A stretch of DNA of 64,000 bases from an uncultured virus (IMG/VR IMGVR_UViG_3300020455_000010). Lineage: Duplodnaviria; Heunggongvirae; Uroviricota; Caudoviricetes. Below the pieces are notes generated by a model. The model worked only from the letters and a program-made list of their open reading frames with translations, had not been told where the DNA came from and did no database searches. Location of the stretch: the IMG/VR virus record IMGVR_UViG_3300020455_000010; one strand, given 5' to 3'. Below are positions 28,267 to 38,938 of this stretch, in pieces. The position numbers were made by a program, and so were the translations under genes. Within the stretch, counting starts at the first letter, position 1, and every line of letters begins with the position of its first letter.

Positions 28267-29041
28267 ATTCATGTACCGTAATAAATTTATGATCTGACCA
28301 AGACATATTTGACTCGGTGTTATATTGATATTTACCTTCTAAATGTTTAGGGAATGGTATTTCTTTAATATCAGCACCTTCTTTGTCTGCAATGATTTCT
28401 GCAACAGTATAGAAATCTATAGAGTCTCCACTACCAAGATCATAGATACCAGAAGGATTGTTAGCATTTAATACTACATCAACTACGTCATTAACACAAA
28501 CAAAATCTCTTGACATTTTTTTAGAGTCTTCAAAGACTTTAATTTGACCAGTCATCTTTGCTTGTTCAGTAAACTTACTGATAGGACTACGTTGATCTCC
28601 TTTCAATTCTTCTCCAGGTCCATATACATTAAAGAATCTAAATCCTTGTATATTACTGAAACGATCTATGTTATCTTGTACCCAATAATCAATTTGAAGT
28701 TTTGTTATAGCATAGTAGTTTAATGGATTTAGATCCCCCCAACCAGCACTTCCATTACCATACACAGATGCTGACGACGCATACTTTACTGGTATATTAT
28801 ACTTGATAGCTTGTTCAAATAAACGTAGAGTGAGGTCTACGTTATAGAAATGTAACTTATTAAGATCTGTTTCTACAGTCGAAGAGATTGCTCCCATATG
28901 AATGATCTCATCTATATCATCCCAGTTAGGGAAGTTCTCAATCATATGAACTGCATTAAATGCTTCTACACCAATATACTTTTCTTCTCTTTCTTTAAAG
29001 TGTGATCCAATAAATCCATTACATCCAGTAATCATTTTCAT
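28250..29041 (-). CDS. hldD: ADP-L-glycero-D-manno-heptose 6-epimerase
   Basis: ITGCNGFIG, HMGAISST, YASSASVYG, PLNYYAITK (YxxxK), FRFFNVYG, FPKHLEGKYQ. Confidence 0.85.
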   Translation of the reverse strand: MKMITGCNGFIGSHFKEREEKYIGVEAFNAVHMIENFPNWDDIDEIIHMGAISSTVETDLNKLHFYNVDLTLRLFEQAIKYNIPVKYASSASVYGNGSAGWGDLNPLNYYAITKLQIDYWVQDNIDRFSNIQGFRFFNVYGPGEELKGDQRSPISKFTEQAKMTGQIKVFEDSKKMSRDFVCVNDVVDVVLNANNPSGIYDLGSGDSIDFYTVAEIIADKEGADIKEIPFPKHLEGKYQYNTESNMSWSDHKFITVHEYVNNS

Positions 29042-29065
29042 AAATAAAACCTTCAACCACTAAAT

Positions 29066-29073
29066 TATAAATA
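29066..29073 (+). promoter_or_regulatory. T4-type late promoter
   Basis: TATAAATA upstream of 29115. Confidence 0.7.
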
Positions 29074-29114
29074 AGAATAACATAGAATTATTAAATTCGC
29101 AAGCAGGAACAGGC

Positions 29115-30245
29115 ATGACAAATCCTACCTTTGGTTATTTAGGATCGTTAACACCATCTAAAGATGCAAGAGCTATTCTTCATACTGCAGATTCAGGCAA
29201 GTTAGTTGAGGGAAAACTTACTGTTACTCACAAGAATCCATTTCCAACTAGAATAAGAGTTGGTGTTTCTTCTGGATCGTTAACAGAATTTGATCCTTCA
29301 TCATATATCATTTATGATCATATTATTGAAGAAGGTGAGAGTTATGAAACTGCATCGATATATTATGCAAATAATCAAAATTTAGTAATAGAATCTGACA
29401 AGGATAATACAAGTTTTATTATTCAGGGTCAGATGCTTGATGATCCAACAGGACAATCTGGATTTGTTAATTCAGTAAAGTTATCTAATCCTAAATCTCA
29501 AGCAGTTTTATACACTGTTCCTAGTGGTGAAGAAGCAACAATAAACATTTTCATTACCAATCAAGGTCCGAATCCATCCAGAGTTAGAATTGGTGTAAGT
29601 TCAGAAAATGAAATTACACTTGCTCCAGACGAGTACATGGAGTATAACCTTGATGTAAATCCAAGACAGACATATCAAAGAACTGATATTAAAGTACGTG
29701 GAGATCAAAGTGTTATCGTCTATACTGATAATCCTGATGTAGCGTTTGCTGCATACGCTAAATTTAATTATACAATTATTACTACCGACTTATCACTAGC
29801 AGGTAGTTTAGATGTTGGTACAACTCTTGATGTTGGTAGTAATCTTACGGTTGGTGGAACTTCTGTTCTTACAGGAAAACTTACAGCATCTAGTGGATTG
29901 GATGTATCTGGATCTACCGATGTAAGAGGAACACTTACTGGTTATAATTCCACTGATGTTCAAAAATATGGTATATCAAATGAAACTGGTTTAATATCTA
30001 CTCAAGGATCTATATCTTCTGTTGGTGGTATTAGTACATCTGGTACTCTTGAAGTTGGAGCAAATAAATTTAGTGTTGACCCATCCACTGGTAACCTCAC
30101 AGGTACTTCTGGGTCATTTTCATCTAATTTAGATCTTCTAAATAATAAGGTAACAAATCTTGCAGAGCCTACTGATCAAACAGATGCTGTTAATCGTAGG
30201 TATGTTGATTCAAAGATTACTGCTTTCTCTATCGCACTAGGATAA
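29115..30245 (+). CDS. virion fibre protein (two adaptor domains and shaft)
   Basis: Two domains like 21740..22057; LDVG repeats; NLAEPT...DAVNRRYVD...IALG end. Confidence 0.7.
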   Translation: MTNPTFGYLGSLTPSKDARAILHTADSGKLVEGKLTVTHKNPFPTRIRVGVSSGSLTEFDPSSYIIYDHIIEEGESYETASIYYANNQNLVIESDKDNTSFIIQGQMLDDPTGQSGFVNSVKLSNPKSQAVLYTVPSGEEATINIFITNQGPNPSRVRIGVSSENEITLAPDEYMEYNLDVNPRQTYQRTDIKVRGDQSVIVYTDNPDVAFAAYAKFNYTIITTDLSLAGSLDVGTTLDVGSNLTVGGTSVLTGKLTASSGLDVSGSTDVRGTLTGYNSTDVQKYGISNETGLISTQGSISSVGGISTSGTLEVGANKFSVDPSTGNLTGTSGSFSSNLDLLNNKVTNLAEPTDQTDAVNRRYVDSKITAFSIALG

Positions 30246-30254
30246 ACAAGGATT

Positions 30255-33200
30255 ATGGCAAAGAAACAGATTCGGGATTATATATTTTCTCCAGGTATTG
30301 CTGGTGTAGGGACGCTAAAACTTCTTGGTAAGTATGATAGTGAACAACTTTTGTTGATTACTAATACTGAAAAGAATGAAGTTTTATATAATTTTGCTGA
30401 TACTACAAGACAAGTTAGTGTCGCATTTAATCAAACTGGTTCTGACCCAGATTTTATAAATGAAAACATGAGAACTAATGGTGTAACAACTATTACGTTC
30501 TTATATGATACTACAGCATATGCATCATCTGATCCTGTTCAGATCTTTGTTGAACAAGATGAGCAAAGAACTAGACCATACGACTTCGGTACAGACGCTA
30601 TCGAACGTATGCGTTTTGCTGCTCCAGAGTCTATGCTTGATGCTGACTTTGAGTATGGAATTCAACCAACGAAGTGGCAAAGTATTGACCTATTAAGAAA
30701 TTATCCTTCTATATACGAGATTCCTGGTTCTGATATTGCTACAACAGAGATTGTAACAGATGCTTCAGCAGGTTCTAGTGGTATTGGTCCTTCTTTAATT
30801 ACAGTTACTACAATATTAGAACATGGTCTTTCTGTGGGAGATCCTATCAGTATGAAAGGTCTTGCTGATTCTGTGATAGGATTTTCATCTGCTGAAGGTT
30901 CATTTATTATTAATACTGTTCCTAATTCAAAAGAATTCACTTATTATTCAAAAGCAAAAGTAGGAACTACTGCTGGTTCTTCACTTAAATCTAGTTTTAC
31001 ATTCCTAAAAGAAGCTGGATTCTATACTGGTGCTGAAATTGGAACATCTCCTACATTCACTGTAGACACAAATGGATCAGCAGGAAATTTTGCGACAGAA
31101 GGTTCTACACCTGCTGGTTCTGTAACATTTGGTATAAATCCATCATCTACCTTGCCACCTATAGGTGCTCCTTTATCTGCTACTGGTATTGCAACAGGAA
31201 CACAGGTAACTGGTGTTGTTGGTACTAATACTACTCTTAATATTACGAATTCATTTGTTGCACCTGTATCAACTATTACATTTAACGATACACAAAATAT
31301 TGCAATTGGTGCTGCATTAAACAATGGTTCTGGTGATACTATTTTCGTTACTAATATTGAAGGTAGTGTCGTAACATTGTCTTCTCCATACACAACAGAT
31401 AAAACAGGTAACAGTTTTATTTCTGGTGCTGTGGATGGTATTATACAGAACTTTGGATTAGGTATAGGATCAGCAGCATCAACACCAATACACCCATGTG
31501 CAGTATTTAATGTTCAGAGAACAAAGGGTGCTTATACTTCTGTTAGTATAAACGAAAAAACAGAATACTCAAATTTAGCACCAACTTGGATTGGTGGTGA
31601 CAATAACGGTGGAGCAGGAGTAGGTGCTTTATTTACAGTAATTAGAACTGGTGGATCTAGTGCTGGTTATACTGTAAGTCTTAATAGTGGTGGTGAAAAC
31701 TATGTAGTTGCTGGAAATGTTATATTTAATATCCTAGGATCTCAAGTTGGTGGTGTTGATGGTACTCCTGGAGTTGGTACACCAGCAGACGAAGCTGGTA
31801 ATGATTTAAGAATTGAAATAACATCTGTTGATGGTAATGGTGCTATTGATGGGTTTACTGTACAATCAACTCATAGTAACATTAGTGGCAGTCCTTCAGT
31901 AGTTGCTTCTACTTCTATCAATGACGGTAGGGATTATTTTGTTGGAGAAAAAATTACGATTTATGGTAACCAGTTAGAAGGTTCTTCTCCTGAACAGGAT
32001 CTTGATATTTACATTACTGGAGTTGGTGCAGAAGGAAACATTACAAGTTATAATACATTTGGTGTAGGTCTTGATGCAAGTCAAACTTATACAAACCAAA
32101 ACCAAGATAGTACTAGTGGATCTGGTATCAATGCTCAATTTGATATTGACCGAACTGGTTCTGGTGTTACCAGACAGGAAGTACATGAGATACTTATCGG
32201 TGGAACAATTGAAACTGGTGATACATTCAAAGCAATAATCACTGAAACTATTAATAGCACAATATCTGAATTTGAATATACTGCACTTGCTGGTGATACT
32301 GTAACTGAAGTAAGGAATGGACTTGTTTTATTAATCAATGATCTTGCTGAACAGAATGCTGGAAATCCAACACCATGTTATGCTGTAAGTAAAGCAGATC
32401 AAACACCAACTAATGGAGTGGCAGTAATAGATTTATTTTCTAAAACTCCTGGAGTTAACTTTCTTTGTGCTGTAGTCACAGAAGATTCTGGTGGATTTGG
32501 TGCTGACACTCAAACAATGTCAGTTTCTATTACTACTACTAATTCTAATACATCGACTTCACCATCATATACAGTAACTACTCAAAATCAAGGTACTGGA
32601 TATGCAATTAATGATACTATTACTATTAATGGTAGTAGAATGGGTGGAGTAGATTCAACTAATGATTTAACTATTACTGTTAGTTCTGTTACTGCTGCTG
32701 GTGCTATTACTGGAATTTCTCATTCTGGTACAGCCGTTGATGGTAGTGAACAGTTCGATAGAATGTTTGTAAACGCTCCTTCTTTTGGAGCAAGATTCCT
32801 TCCATCAATTACTGGTGGAGTATATTCTCCTACTGTTGATGATGCTGGTACTGGATATAAAGTTGGATATCAATTTAAGATTCTTGGTAGTACATTGGGT
32901 GGTTTAGATACAACCAATGATATGACTATCACTGTAACTGATATAACATCAGATGGTGGTGTTCTTGCAGTGTCAGCATCTGGTACTCCAGTAACAGGAG
33001 ATTCTCTTGTTTTCTACCCAGCAATTTCTCTATCTTCTCCCACAACTCAAGTAATTGCAACAGCAACTACAGTATCCTATTCAGCAATTGCACAAATAAA
33101 AGTTGAATTTGCATCTAATCATGGTTTGGTTCCTGGAGATACAATTCTATCAGCAATCACATCTAGTGGAGGTGGACATGATTTGTGTTCTGGACCATTT

Positions 33201-35432
33201 TACATCAATGAAGTTCCGTCATTAACTACAATATTATATACCGCAAGAACTACTGGTACAGTTTCTGGTAGTTTGGTTGGTAAGGTATATCCAAGAACAG
33301 ATTCATTCTATCGACATAGACCATTTGATGGTGGTGTACAATTGGGAACTGGATCACCTGCTCATGGTGCTCAAGCAGTTAGACAATCTAAAAAGTATAT
33401 TAGATACCAGTCAGGTAAAGGTATTATGTATACCACTGGTGCTTTGTTTGCTCCAAACTACGACTTGCGTTCTGCTATTTCTACTGGTACAGGAGTTGGA
33501 AGTATCATTACACTTAAAACAGATGATTTGAATCATGGTTTCCAAGTTGGAGCACAGATACAACTTCGTGGTATAACATCTACTGGTTATAATGGTCATT
33601 ATGTTGTAGCATCAGTCGTTGATGAAATTACATTTACCGTTATTGCTACACAAGTATTAGAACATACTAATGCACAATTTGGTGAGCAACCAGTTGTTTC
33701 ACTTTATAAGTGGAAAGGTTCTACAGTTCGTGCTGGTGCTTTTGATGATCAGAATGGTATATTCATTCAGTATGATGGTGATATCGTTTCCTGTGGATTA
33801 AGGTCTTCCACATACCAAATTGCTGGTACCGTAACTGCTACTCCAGATAGTAACACATTAACAGGAGTCAATACTAAATTTACTGAACAGTTAAAAGTGG
33901 GTGACCGTATTGTAATTCGTGGTATGTGTCATCTCGTTACAGAGATTGATGACGATTCAACTTTGTATATGAATCCTGATTATAGGGGAGTTACTACAGT
34001 TTCTAATGTAAAAGCTGCACTAACAAAAGAAATTCTTATTCCACAAAGTCAGTGGAACCTTGATAGAGCAGATGGTACAGGTAAGTCTGGATACATTACT
34101 GACATCACGAAGATGCAGATGATGGGATTCCAATACTCATGGTACGGAGCAGGATTCATTGATTGGATGTTCAGAGGACCATCTGGTGATTTTGTATTCT
34201 TACATAGATTGAAGAATAACAACATGAACAACGAAGCATTTATGCGTTCTGGTAACCTACCTGTTAGGTATGAGGTTATTAATGAAGGTGCTAGAGGAAG
34301 GGTGGAAGTTGCAATGGATTCAAGTCAAGAGACAATGACATTAGAAGACGGAACACTATTCCCTTCTAGTGGTACATTGATTATGAATAACGAGATTATT
34401 AATTATAACAACAAAACTGGTAATATTTTGTCTGGTCTTACAAGAGCAGCAACTCACACTAATTTTGCTGGTGGATCTCAAAGAACTTATACTGCTGGTA
34501 GTGCTATTGCTCACACCAAAGGTAGTGGTGTTGTTTTACTATCAACTACTGCTACACCACAGATTAACCACTGGGGTTCTGCATTCCTAACTGATGGTGG
34601 ATTTGATGAAGATCGTGGTTATCTCTTCTCATGGCAAGAAAAGGAAATTGAAATTTCAACTAGTAAAAGTGCTATCTTCTTGATTCGTCTATCACCTAGT
34701 GTTTCTAACTCTGTTACTGGAGACCTAGGAGAAAGAGAACTAATCAACCGAGCACAATTACTACTCAAGAACATTGAGATCACTACACAGGGTGGATCGA
34801 GTTCACAGGGTGTTATTGTTGAGGGTGTTATGAATCCTAAAAACTACCCTGATGATCCAACAAGTATTTTATGGAATGGATTGAATACTGGTGGTGCTGG
34901 TGGACAACCATCATTTGCACAAGTTGCCTCTGGTGGTGACGTTACATGGGAGGGTGCTGCTTCAGCAATTACTGCTACTAACGCCAATACTCAAAATTAT
35001 AATACAACATGGATTATATTTAATCGAACAGATGTTGCTGGTGTACAGATTGGTTGGAAAGTTTCTGGTGGTAATCTAAAAGGTGGTGCTACTGTTGCTA
35101 ACATTAGGGATTACTACTACGATAGCAATAAAGTTTACTTGATCTTCTCCGACAGAACGAGACCAGGTACTGCTGGATCTACTACATATACCTTCGAACC
35201 AATTGTTGAGGCGGCAATTCCTGGAGAGCAGGTATTCTCATTTACTGCCTCTGGTGGTGGTGAAAGGGACAACCTAGATCTATCAGAACTAAAAGAACTT
35301 ACTAACACACCAATTGGTGGACGTGGTACATTCCCCAACGGTCCTGATGTTCTGGCGATTAATGCTTACCTAACGTCTGGTAGTGCTATTAACGCAACAA
35401 TTAACTTACGTTGGGCAGAAGCACAAGCATAA
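30255..35432 (+). CDS. large virion structural protein (1725 aa)
   Basis: T/G/S-rich; repeated GTGY...GD-I-I-G..LGG....ND modules; DADFEYG.QPTKW; directly upstream of gp13. Confidence 0.75.
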   Translation: MAKKQIRDYIFSPGIAGVGTLKLLGKYDSEQLLLITNTEKNEVLYNFADTTRQVSVAFNQTGSDPDFINENMRTNGVTTITFLYDTTAYASSDPVQIFVEQDEQRTRPYDFGTDAIERMRFAAPESMLDADFEYGIQPTKWQSIDLLRNYPSIYEIPGSDIATTEIVTDASAGSSGIGPSLITVTTILEHGLSVGDPISMKGLADSVIGFSSAEGSFIINTVPNSKEFTYYSKAKVGTTAGSSLKSSFTFLKEAGFYTGAEIGTSPTFTVDTNGSAGNFATEGSTPAGSVTFGINPSSTLPPIGAPLSATGIATGTQVTGVVGTNTTLNITNSFVAPVSTITFNDTQNIAIGAALNNGSGDTIFVTNIEGSVVTLSSPYTTDKTGNSFISGAVDGIIQNFGLGIGSAASTPIHPCAVFNVQRTKGAYTSVSINEKTEYSNLAPTWIGGDNNGGAGVGALFTVIRTGGSSAGYTVSLNSGGENYVVAGNVIFNILGSQVGGVDGTPGVGTPADEAGNDLRIEITSVDGNGAIDGFTVQSTHSNISGSPSVVASTSINDGRDYFVGEKITIYGNQLEGSSPEQDLDIYITGVGAEGNITSYNTFGVGLDASQTYTNQNQDSTSGSGINAQFDIDRTGSGVTRQEVHEILIGGTIETGDTFKAIITETINSTISEFEYTALAGDTVTEVRNGLVLLINDLAEQNAGNPTPCYAVSKADQTPTNGVAVIDLFSKTPGVNFLCAVVTEDSGGFGADTQTMSVSITTTNSNTSTSPSYTVTTQNQGTGYAINDTITINGSRMGGVDSTNDLTITVSSVTAAGAITGISHSGTAVDGSEQFDRMFVNAPSFGARFLPSITGGVYSPTVDDAGTGYKVGYQFKILGSTLGGLDTTNDMTITVTDITSDGGVLAVSASGTPVTGDSLVFYPAISLSSPTTQVIATATTVSYSAIAQIKVEFASNHGLVPGDTILSAITSSGGGHDLCSGPFYINEVPSLTTILYTARTTGTVSGSLVGKVYPRTDSFYRHRPFDGGVQLGTGSPAHGAQAVRQSKKYIRYQSGKGIMYTTGALFAPNYDLRSAISTGTGVGSIITLKTDDLNHGFQVGAQIQLRGITSTGYNGHYVVASVVDEITFTVIATQVLEHTNAQFGEQPVVSLYKWKGSTVRAGAFDDQNGIFIQYDGDIVSCGLRSSTYQIAGTVTATPDSNTLTGVNTKFTEQLKVGDRIVIRGMCHLVTEIDDDSTLYMNPDYRGVTTVSNVKAALTKEILIPQSQWNLDRADGTGKSGYITDITKMQMMGFQYSWYGAGFIDWMFRGPSGDFVFLHRLKNNNMNNEAFMRSGNLPVRYEVINEGARGRVEVAMDSSQETMTLEDGTLFPSSGTLIMNNEIINYNNKTGNILSGLTRAATHTNFAGGSQRTYTAGSAIAHTKGSGVVLLSTTATPQINHWGSAFLTDGGFDEDRGYLFSWQEKEIEISTSKSAIFLIRLSPSVSNSVTGDLGERELINRAQLLLKNIEITTQGGSSSQGVIVEGVMNPKNYPDDPTSILWNGLNTGGAGGQPSFAQVASGGDVTWEGAASAITATNANTQNYNTTWIIFNRTDVAGVQIGWKVSGGNLKGGATVANIRDYYYDSNKVYLIFSDRTRPGTAGSTTYTFEPIVEAAIPGEQVFSFTASGGGERDNLDLSELKELTNTPIGGRGTFPNGPDVLAINAYLTSGSAINATINLRWAEAQA

Positions 35433-35441
35433 AGAAATAAC

Positions 35442-36503
35442 ATGGCACAACCTTCCTCTAGGGCAGAGTTAAAAGACTACGCATTAAGGAGATTAGGTCA
35501 TCCAGTACTGGAAGTCAACGTAGATGATGAACAGGTGGAAGACCTAATTGATGATGCTTTGCAACATTTTCATGAACGTCATTTTGATGGCATCGAGAGA
35601 ATGTTTCTTAAACATAAAATTACTGCTGATGATGTAGAAAGATTTAATGGTTCCGATCAACTTAAAGTTGTTTCAGGTGATGAAGGTACTGTAACATTTA
35701 CCTTGACATCTGGTGGAACAGGGTATACTAACAATACTGCAGTTGCTACTACTGGTGGTAGTGGTACTGGATTAACATTTAATACTACCACAGATAGTGG
35801 TGTTATAACATCTATATTAATTAATGATGATGGTCAAGATTATGCTATTGGAGACACTATTACCATTAGTGGTGGTAACACTGATGCAACTATAGAAGTT
35901 AAATCAGTTGATAGTGATACTACATGGGAGAATAGAAATAATTTTCTTTCAATACCTAATCATGTTATAGGTATATCTAAAGTATTTGGTGTATCATCTA
36001 ACTGGGTTCGTAATGATCTCTTTGGATTGAGTAACCAGTATTTCTTGATGGATATATTCTCATTCTCATCTGGATTTGCTTTTGGTAATTTTGATATGAC
36101 GAATTACTATATGATTCGCCAGTACTTTGAGACTCTAGATATGGTTGTCAACACTGGTGCTTTAGTGGAGTATAGATGGAATCAAAGACAAGATAAATTA
36201 TTTTTAGATATAGATCCTTCAAAGGTTGTAGAAGGAAACTACCTTCTTATAGATTGTTATAGGGCATTAGATCCTATGGAATACACACAAGTCTATAATG
36301 ATAGATGGCTTAAGAAATACATTCCTGCTTTAATTAAAAGGCAGTGGGGTCAGAACTTAATCAAGTTCCAAGGAGTACAACTTCCTGGTGGTGTTTCTCT
36401 TAATGGAGAGAAGATTTTTTCTGATGCAGAGAAAGAAATTGCTATGATACTAGCAGAAGGTAAAGATCAATATGAACTTCCTGCTATGGATATGATAGGA
36501 TGA
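35442..36503 (+). CDS. gp13: neck protein gp13
   Basis: LRRLGHPVLEVNVDDEQ, KRQWGQNLIKF, LPGGVSLNG. Confidence 0.92.
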   Translation: MAQPSSRAELKDYALRRLGHPVLEVNVDDEQVEDLIDDALQHFHERHFDGIERMFLKHKITADDVERFNGSDQLKVVSGDEGTVTFTLTSGGTGYTNNTAVATTGGSGTGLTFNTTTDSGVITSILINDDGQDYAIGDTITISGGNTDATIEVKSVDSDTTWENRNNFLSIPNHVIGISKVFGVSSNWVRNDLFGLSNQYFLMDIFSFSSGFAFGNFDMTNYYMIRQYFETLDMVVNTGALVEYRWNQRQDKLFLDIDPSKVVEGNYLLIDCYRALDPMEYTQVYNDRWLKKYIPALIKRQWGQNLIKFQGVQLPGGVSLNGEKIFSDAEKEIAMILAEGKDQYELPAMDMIG

Positions 36504-37378
36504 AGAGTATATATTTTCCACAGCACGGTGGTGTATCAACCGAGCAGAACTTAATACAAAGTTTAATTGATGAACAGATTAAACTTTTCGGAACAGATGT
36601 TTATTATCTTCCTAGGTCAAGTGTTAAGGATATGACCCTAGATGATATAAAGTATTCTGAATTTAAAACCCAGTGGATGATTGAGATGTTCCTCATTAAC
36701 GTAGAGGGATTTGGATCACCTTCAGAATTTATTAGTAAGTTTGGTTTGAGAGTAACTGATGAGATACAATTTGTTGTATCTAAAAATAGATGGAGTCAGA
36801 TATTTAATAACTTTGCTGATATAACAGAAGTTGATGGTAGACCTAATGAAGGAGATTTATTATACTATCCACTAACAGAAGATCTGTATGAAATTAAGTT
36901 TGTAGAAAGAGAAGCACCTTTCTATCAATTAGGTAAAACATATGTTTACCAGATGACTGCCGAGATCTATGAGATGGGTGATGATAAATTTGAGACTGGT
37001 GTTCCTGGTATTGATGATATTGAAGAGATCTTTAGTCCATCAATTTCTATACAAATGGATGTTGCTGGTACAGGTGATTACTCATTAAGTGAGACTGTTA
37101 CTGGATCTGTCACTGGAGTTACTGCTGAAGTATCTTACTGGGATAGGAATTTACATGTACTTACACTCATTAATAGAACTGGTAACTTCAATGCTGGTGA
37201 GACTTTAACTGGATCTGAATCTGGTACAGTTAGAGAGATTACATCTATAGATAACTTAACAATGGAAACAAGTGCGTATAGCGATAATAAATACATAGAG
37301 ACCGAAGGTAATGATCTTGTTGATTGGGGTGAGGTTAATCCATTTGGTGAAGCAGGAAATATATCTGGTGACTGGTAA
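36500..37378 (+). CDS. gp14: neck protein gp14
   Basis: DVYYLPR, SKFGL, RPNEGDLLYYP, FYQLGK, NPFG. Confidence 0.92.
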   Translation: MKSIYFPQHGGVSTEQNLIQSLIDEQIKLFGTDVYYLPRSSVKDMTLDDIKYSEFKTQWMIEMFLINVEGFGSPSEFISKFGLRVTDEIQFVVSKNRWSQIFNNFADITEVDGRPNEGDLLYYPLTEDLYEIKFVEREAPFYQLGKTYVYQMTAEIYEMGDDKFETGVPGIDDIEEIFSPSISIQMDVAGTGDYSLSETVTGSVTGVTAEVSYWDRNLHVLTLINRTGNFNAGETLTGSESGTVREITSIDNLTMETSAYSDNKYIETEGNDLVDWGEVNPFGEAGNISGDW

Positions 37379-38181
37379 TGTTAGGACCACATTTTTATAA
37401 CGAAGCAATACGAAAAACCGTTGTTGCTTTCGGTACATTATTCAATAATATTGAAACAAGAAAGTATGATAATACTGGTGCTGTATTAGAGGCAGAGAAA
37501 GTACCTCTTGCATATGGACCACAGAATAAATTCTTAACACGTTTGGAACAAAACCCAAGTGTGGACAAGAAAGTTGCTATTACATTACCAAGACTTTATT
37601 TTGAAATGTCTGGTATTACATATGATTCTACTAGAAAAATTGCACCGACACAAAAGTATAGAACTATAGCAGGAGTTGGTGAAGAGAATGAAGTACGGAT
37701 GCAGTATGTACCAGTTCCATATAATATGGAATTTGAATTAGGTATCATTGCAAAGTCACAAGACACAGGACTTCAGATACTAGAACAGATATTACCTTAC
37801 TTCCAACCAAATTTTAATGTAACACTTAATTTCATTCCTGATATGAATGAGAAAAAAGATGTTTCAATAATTCTTAATAACATAAATTATGCTGATGACT
37901 GGGATGATAATTTCCTAGACAGAAGAAGTATTGTATGGACAATGAGTTTCACTGCAAGGTCATACATATATGGACCATTCAACAAGTCAGATGTTATCAA
38001 GAAAGCAATTGTATACGAATCAACTGGAGATAAGAATCAAGGTAAGCGTCAAACCAAGATGACTTATTCACCTAAAGCAACTACTGATAAGAATGCAGAT
38101 GGTGTAATCAATGCAGCAGATGACGCATTAGTAATTTCAACAGACGACTTTGGATTTAATGAAGGAATTGAATTATTATGA
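37378..38181 (+). CDS. gp15: tail sheath stabiliser/terminator gp15
   Basis: FGTLFNNI, VPLAYGP, LPRLYFE, PVPYN, QILEQILPYFQP. Confidence 0.93.
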   Translation: MLGPHFYNEAIRKTVVAFGTLFNNIETRKYDNTGAVLEAEKVPLAYGPQNKFLTRLEQNPSVDKKVAITLPRLYFEMSGITYDSTRKIAPTQKYRTIAGVGEENEVRMQYVPVPYNMEFELGIIAKSQDTGLQILEQILPYFQPNFNVTLNFIPDMNEKKDVSIILNNINYADDWDDNFLDRRSIVWTMSFTARSYIYGPFNKSDVIKKAIVYESTGDKNQGKRQTKMTYSPKATTDKNADGVINAADDALVISTDDFGFNEGIELL

Positions 38182-38612
38182 CAGATAAAATAGATAATAA
38201 GATGGCCAAGAATATGGAAGATGTCTTCGATATTGAGGTCTCAAGTACTCCTGAAAATGGATGTACTACTAGAAAGAAACAATTACGTGATGTTTCTAAT
38301 GACAGTAAAGATGATTATGAATATACTAGAGGAGAACTTTATAGTCTCATAGATCAAGGACAAGAAGCAGTTCGTGGTGCATTAGAAGTAGCACAAGAGA
38401 GTGGTCACCCTAGAGCATTTGAAGTTGCTACTAACGCAATGAAACAGGTTGCTGACATGACAGATAAGTTAATTGACCTGCAAGGAAAGATGAAAAAATT
38501 GGATGAACCAACAGCAGGTGCTGCACCCAAAACAGTTAACAACACTATGTTCTTGGGTAGTACAGCAGACTTACAGAAGATGCTTAAGGAGATGGGTAAA
38601 AAGAAGGATTAG
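38178..38612 (+). CDS. gp16: terminase small subunit gp16
   Basis: DYEYTR, HPRAFEV, FLGSTADLQKML. Confidence 0.9.
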   Translation: MTDKIDNKMAKNMEDVFDIEVSSTPENGCTTRKKQLRDVSNDSKDDYEYTRGELYSLIDQGQEAVRGALEVAQESGHPRAFEVATNAMKQVADMTDKLIDLQGKMKKLDEPTAGAAPKTVNNTMFLGSTADLQKMLKEMGKKKD

Positions 38613-38684
38613 GGTTCCCACACAATAGTAGTAGTTTATACTCAATTCATGTACTATATAATTACGTACTGGAGTTGAAAGATC

Positions 38685-38846
38685 ATGTCCCACTACACTA
38701 TCGGTTATCACGATACAGAAAAGAATCCCGTAGAAATATGCGAGTATGCAGTAGATGCATACCATGCAATGCAGCAAGCAAAAGAGGATGTACCATTTTT
38801 GGATGGTCATCCTCGTTTTTTTGACTACTGTTTAAAAGAATCATGA
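38685..38846 (+). CDS. small hypothetical protein (53 aa), not in ORF track
   Basis: MSHYTIGYHD...EICEYAVDAY...EDVPFL; GGAG RBS. Confidence 0.7.
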   Translation: MSHYTIGYHDTEKNPVEICEYAVDAYHAMQQAKEDVPFLDGHPRFFDYCLKES

Positions 38847-38938
38847 AGCACGAAATAATGTGGTGGATGAGCCGACTCACCATCATGGGAACATCTTTAA
38901 GTTTATCAGTTTGGTTAGCAGCACAAGCATATGCCTAA
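38843..38938 (+). CDS. 31-aa hydrophobic microprotein
   Basis: MKHEIMWWMSRLTIMGTSLSLSVWLAAQAYA; ATGA coupling with upstream ORF. Confidence 0.5.
   Translation: MKHEIMWWMSRLTIMGTSLSLSVWLAAQAYA

Noticed and set aside
28099..29110. Invertible segment around hldD
   Set aside because: No flanking inverted repeats seen and no recombinase in the window
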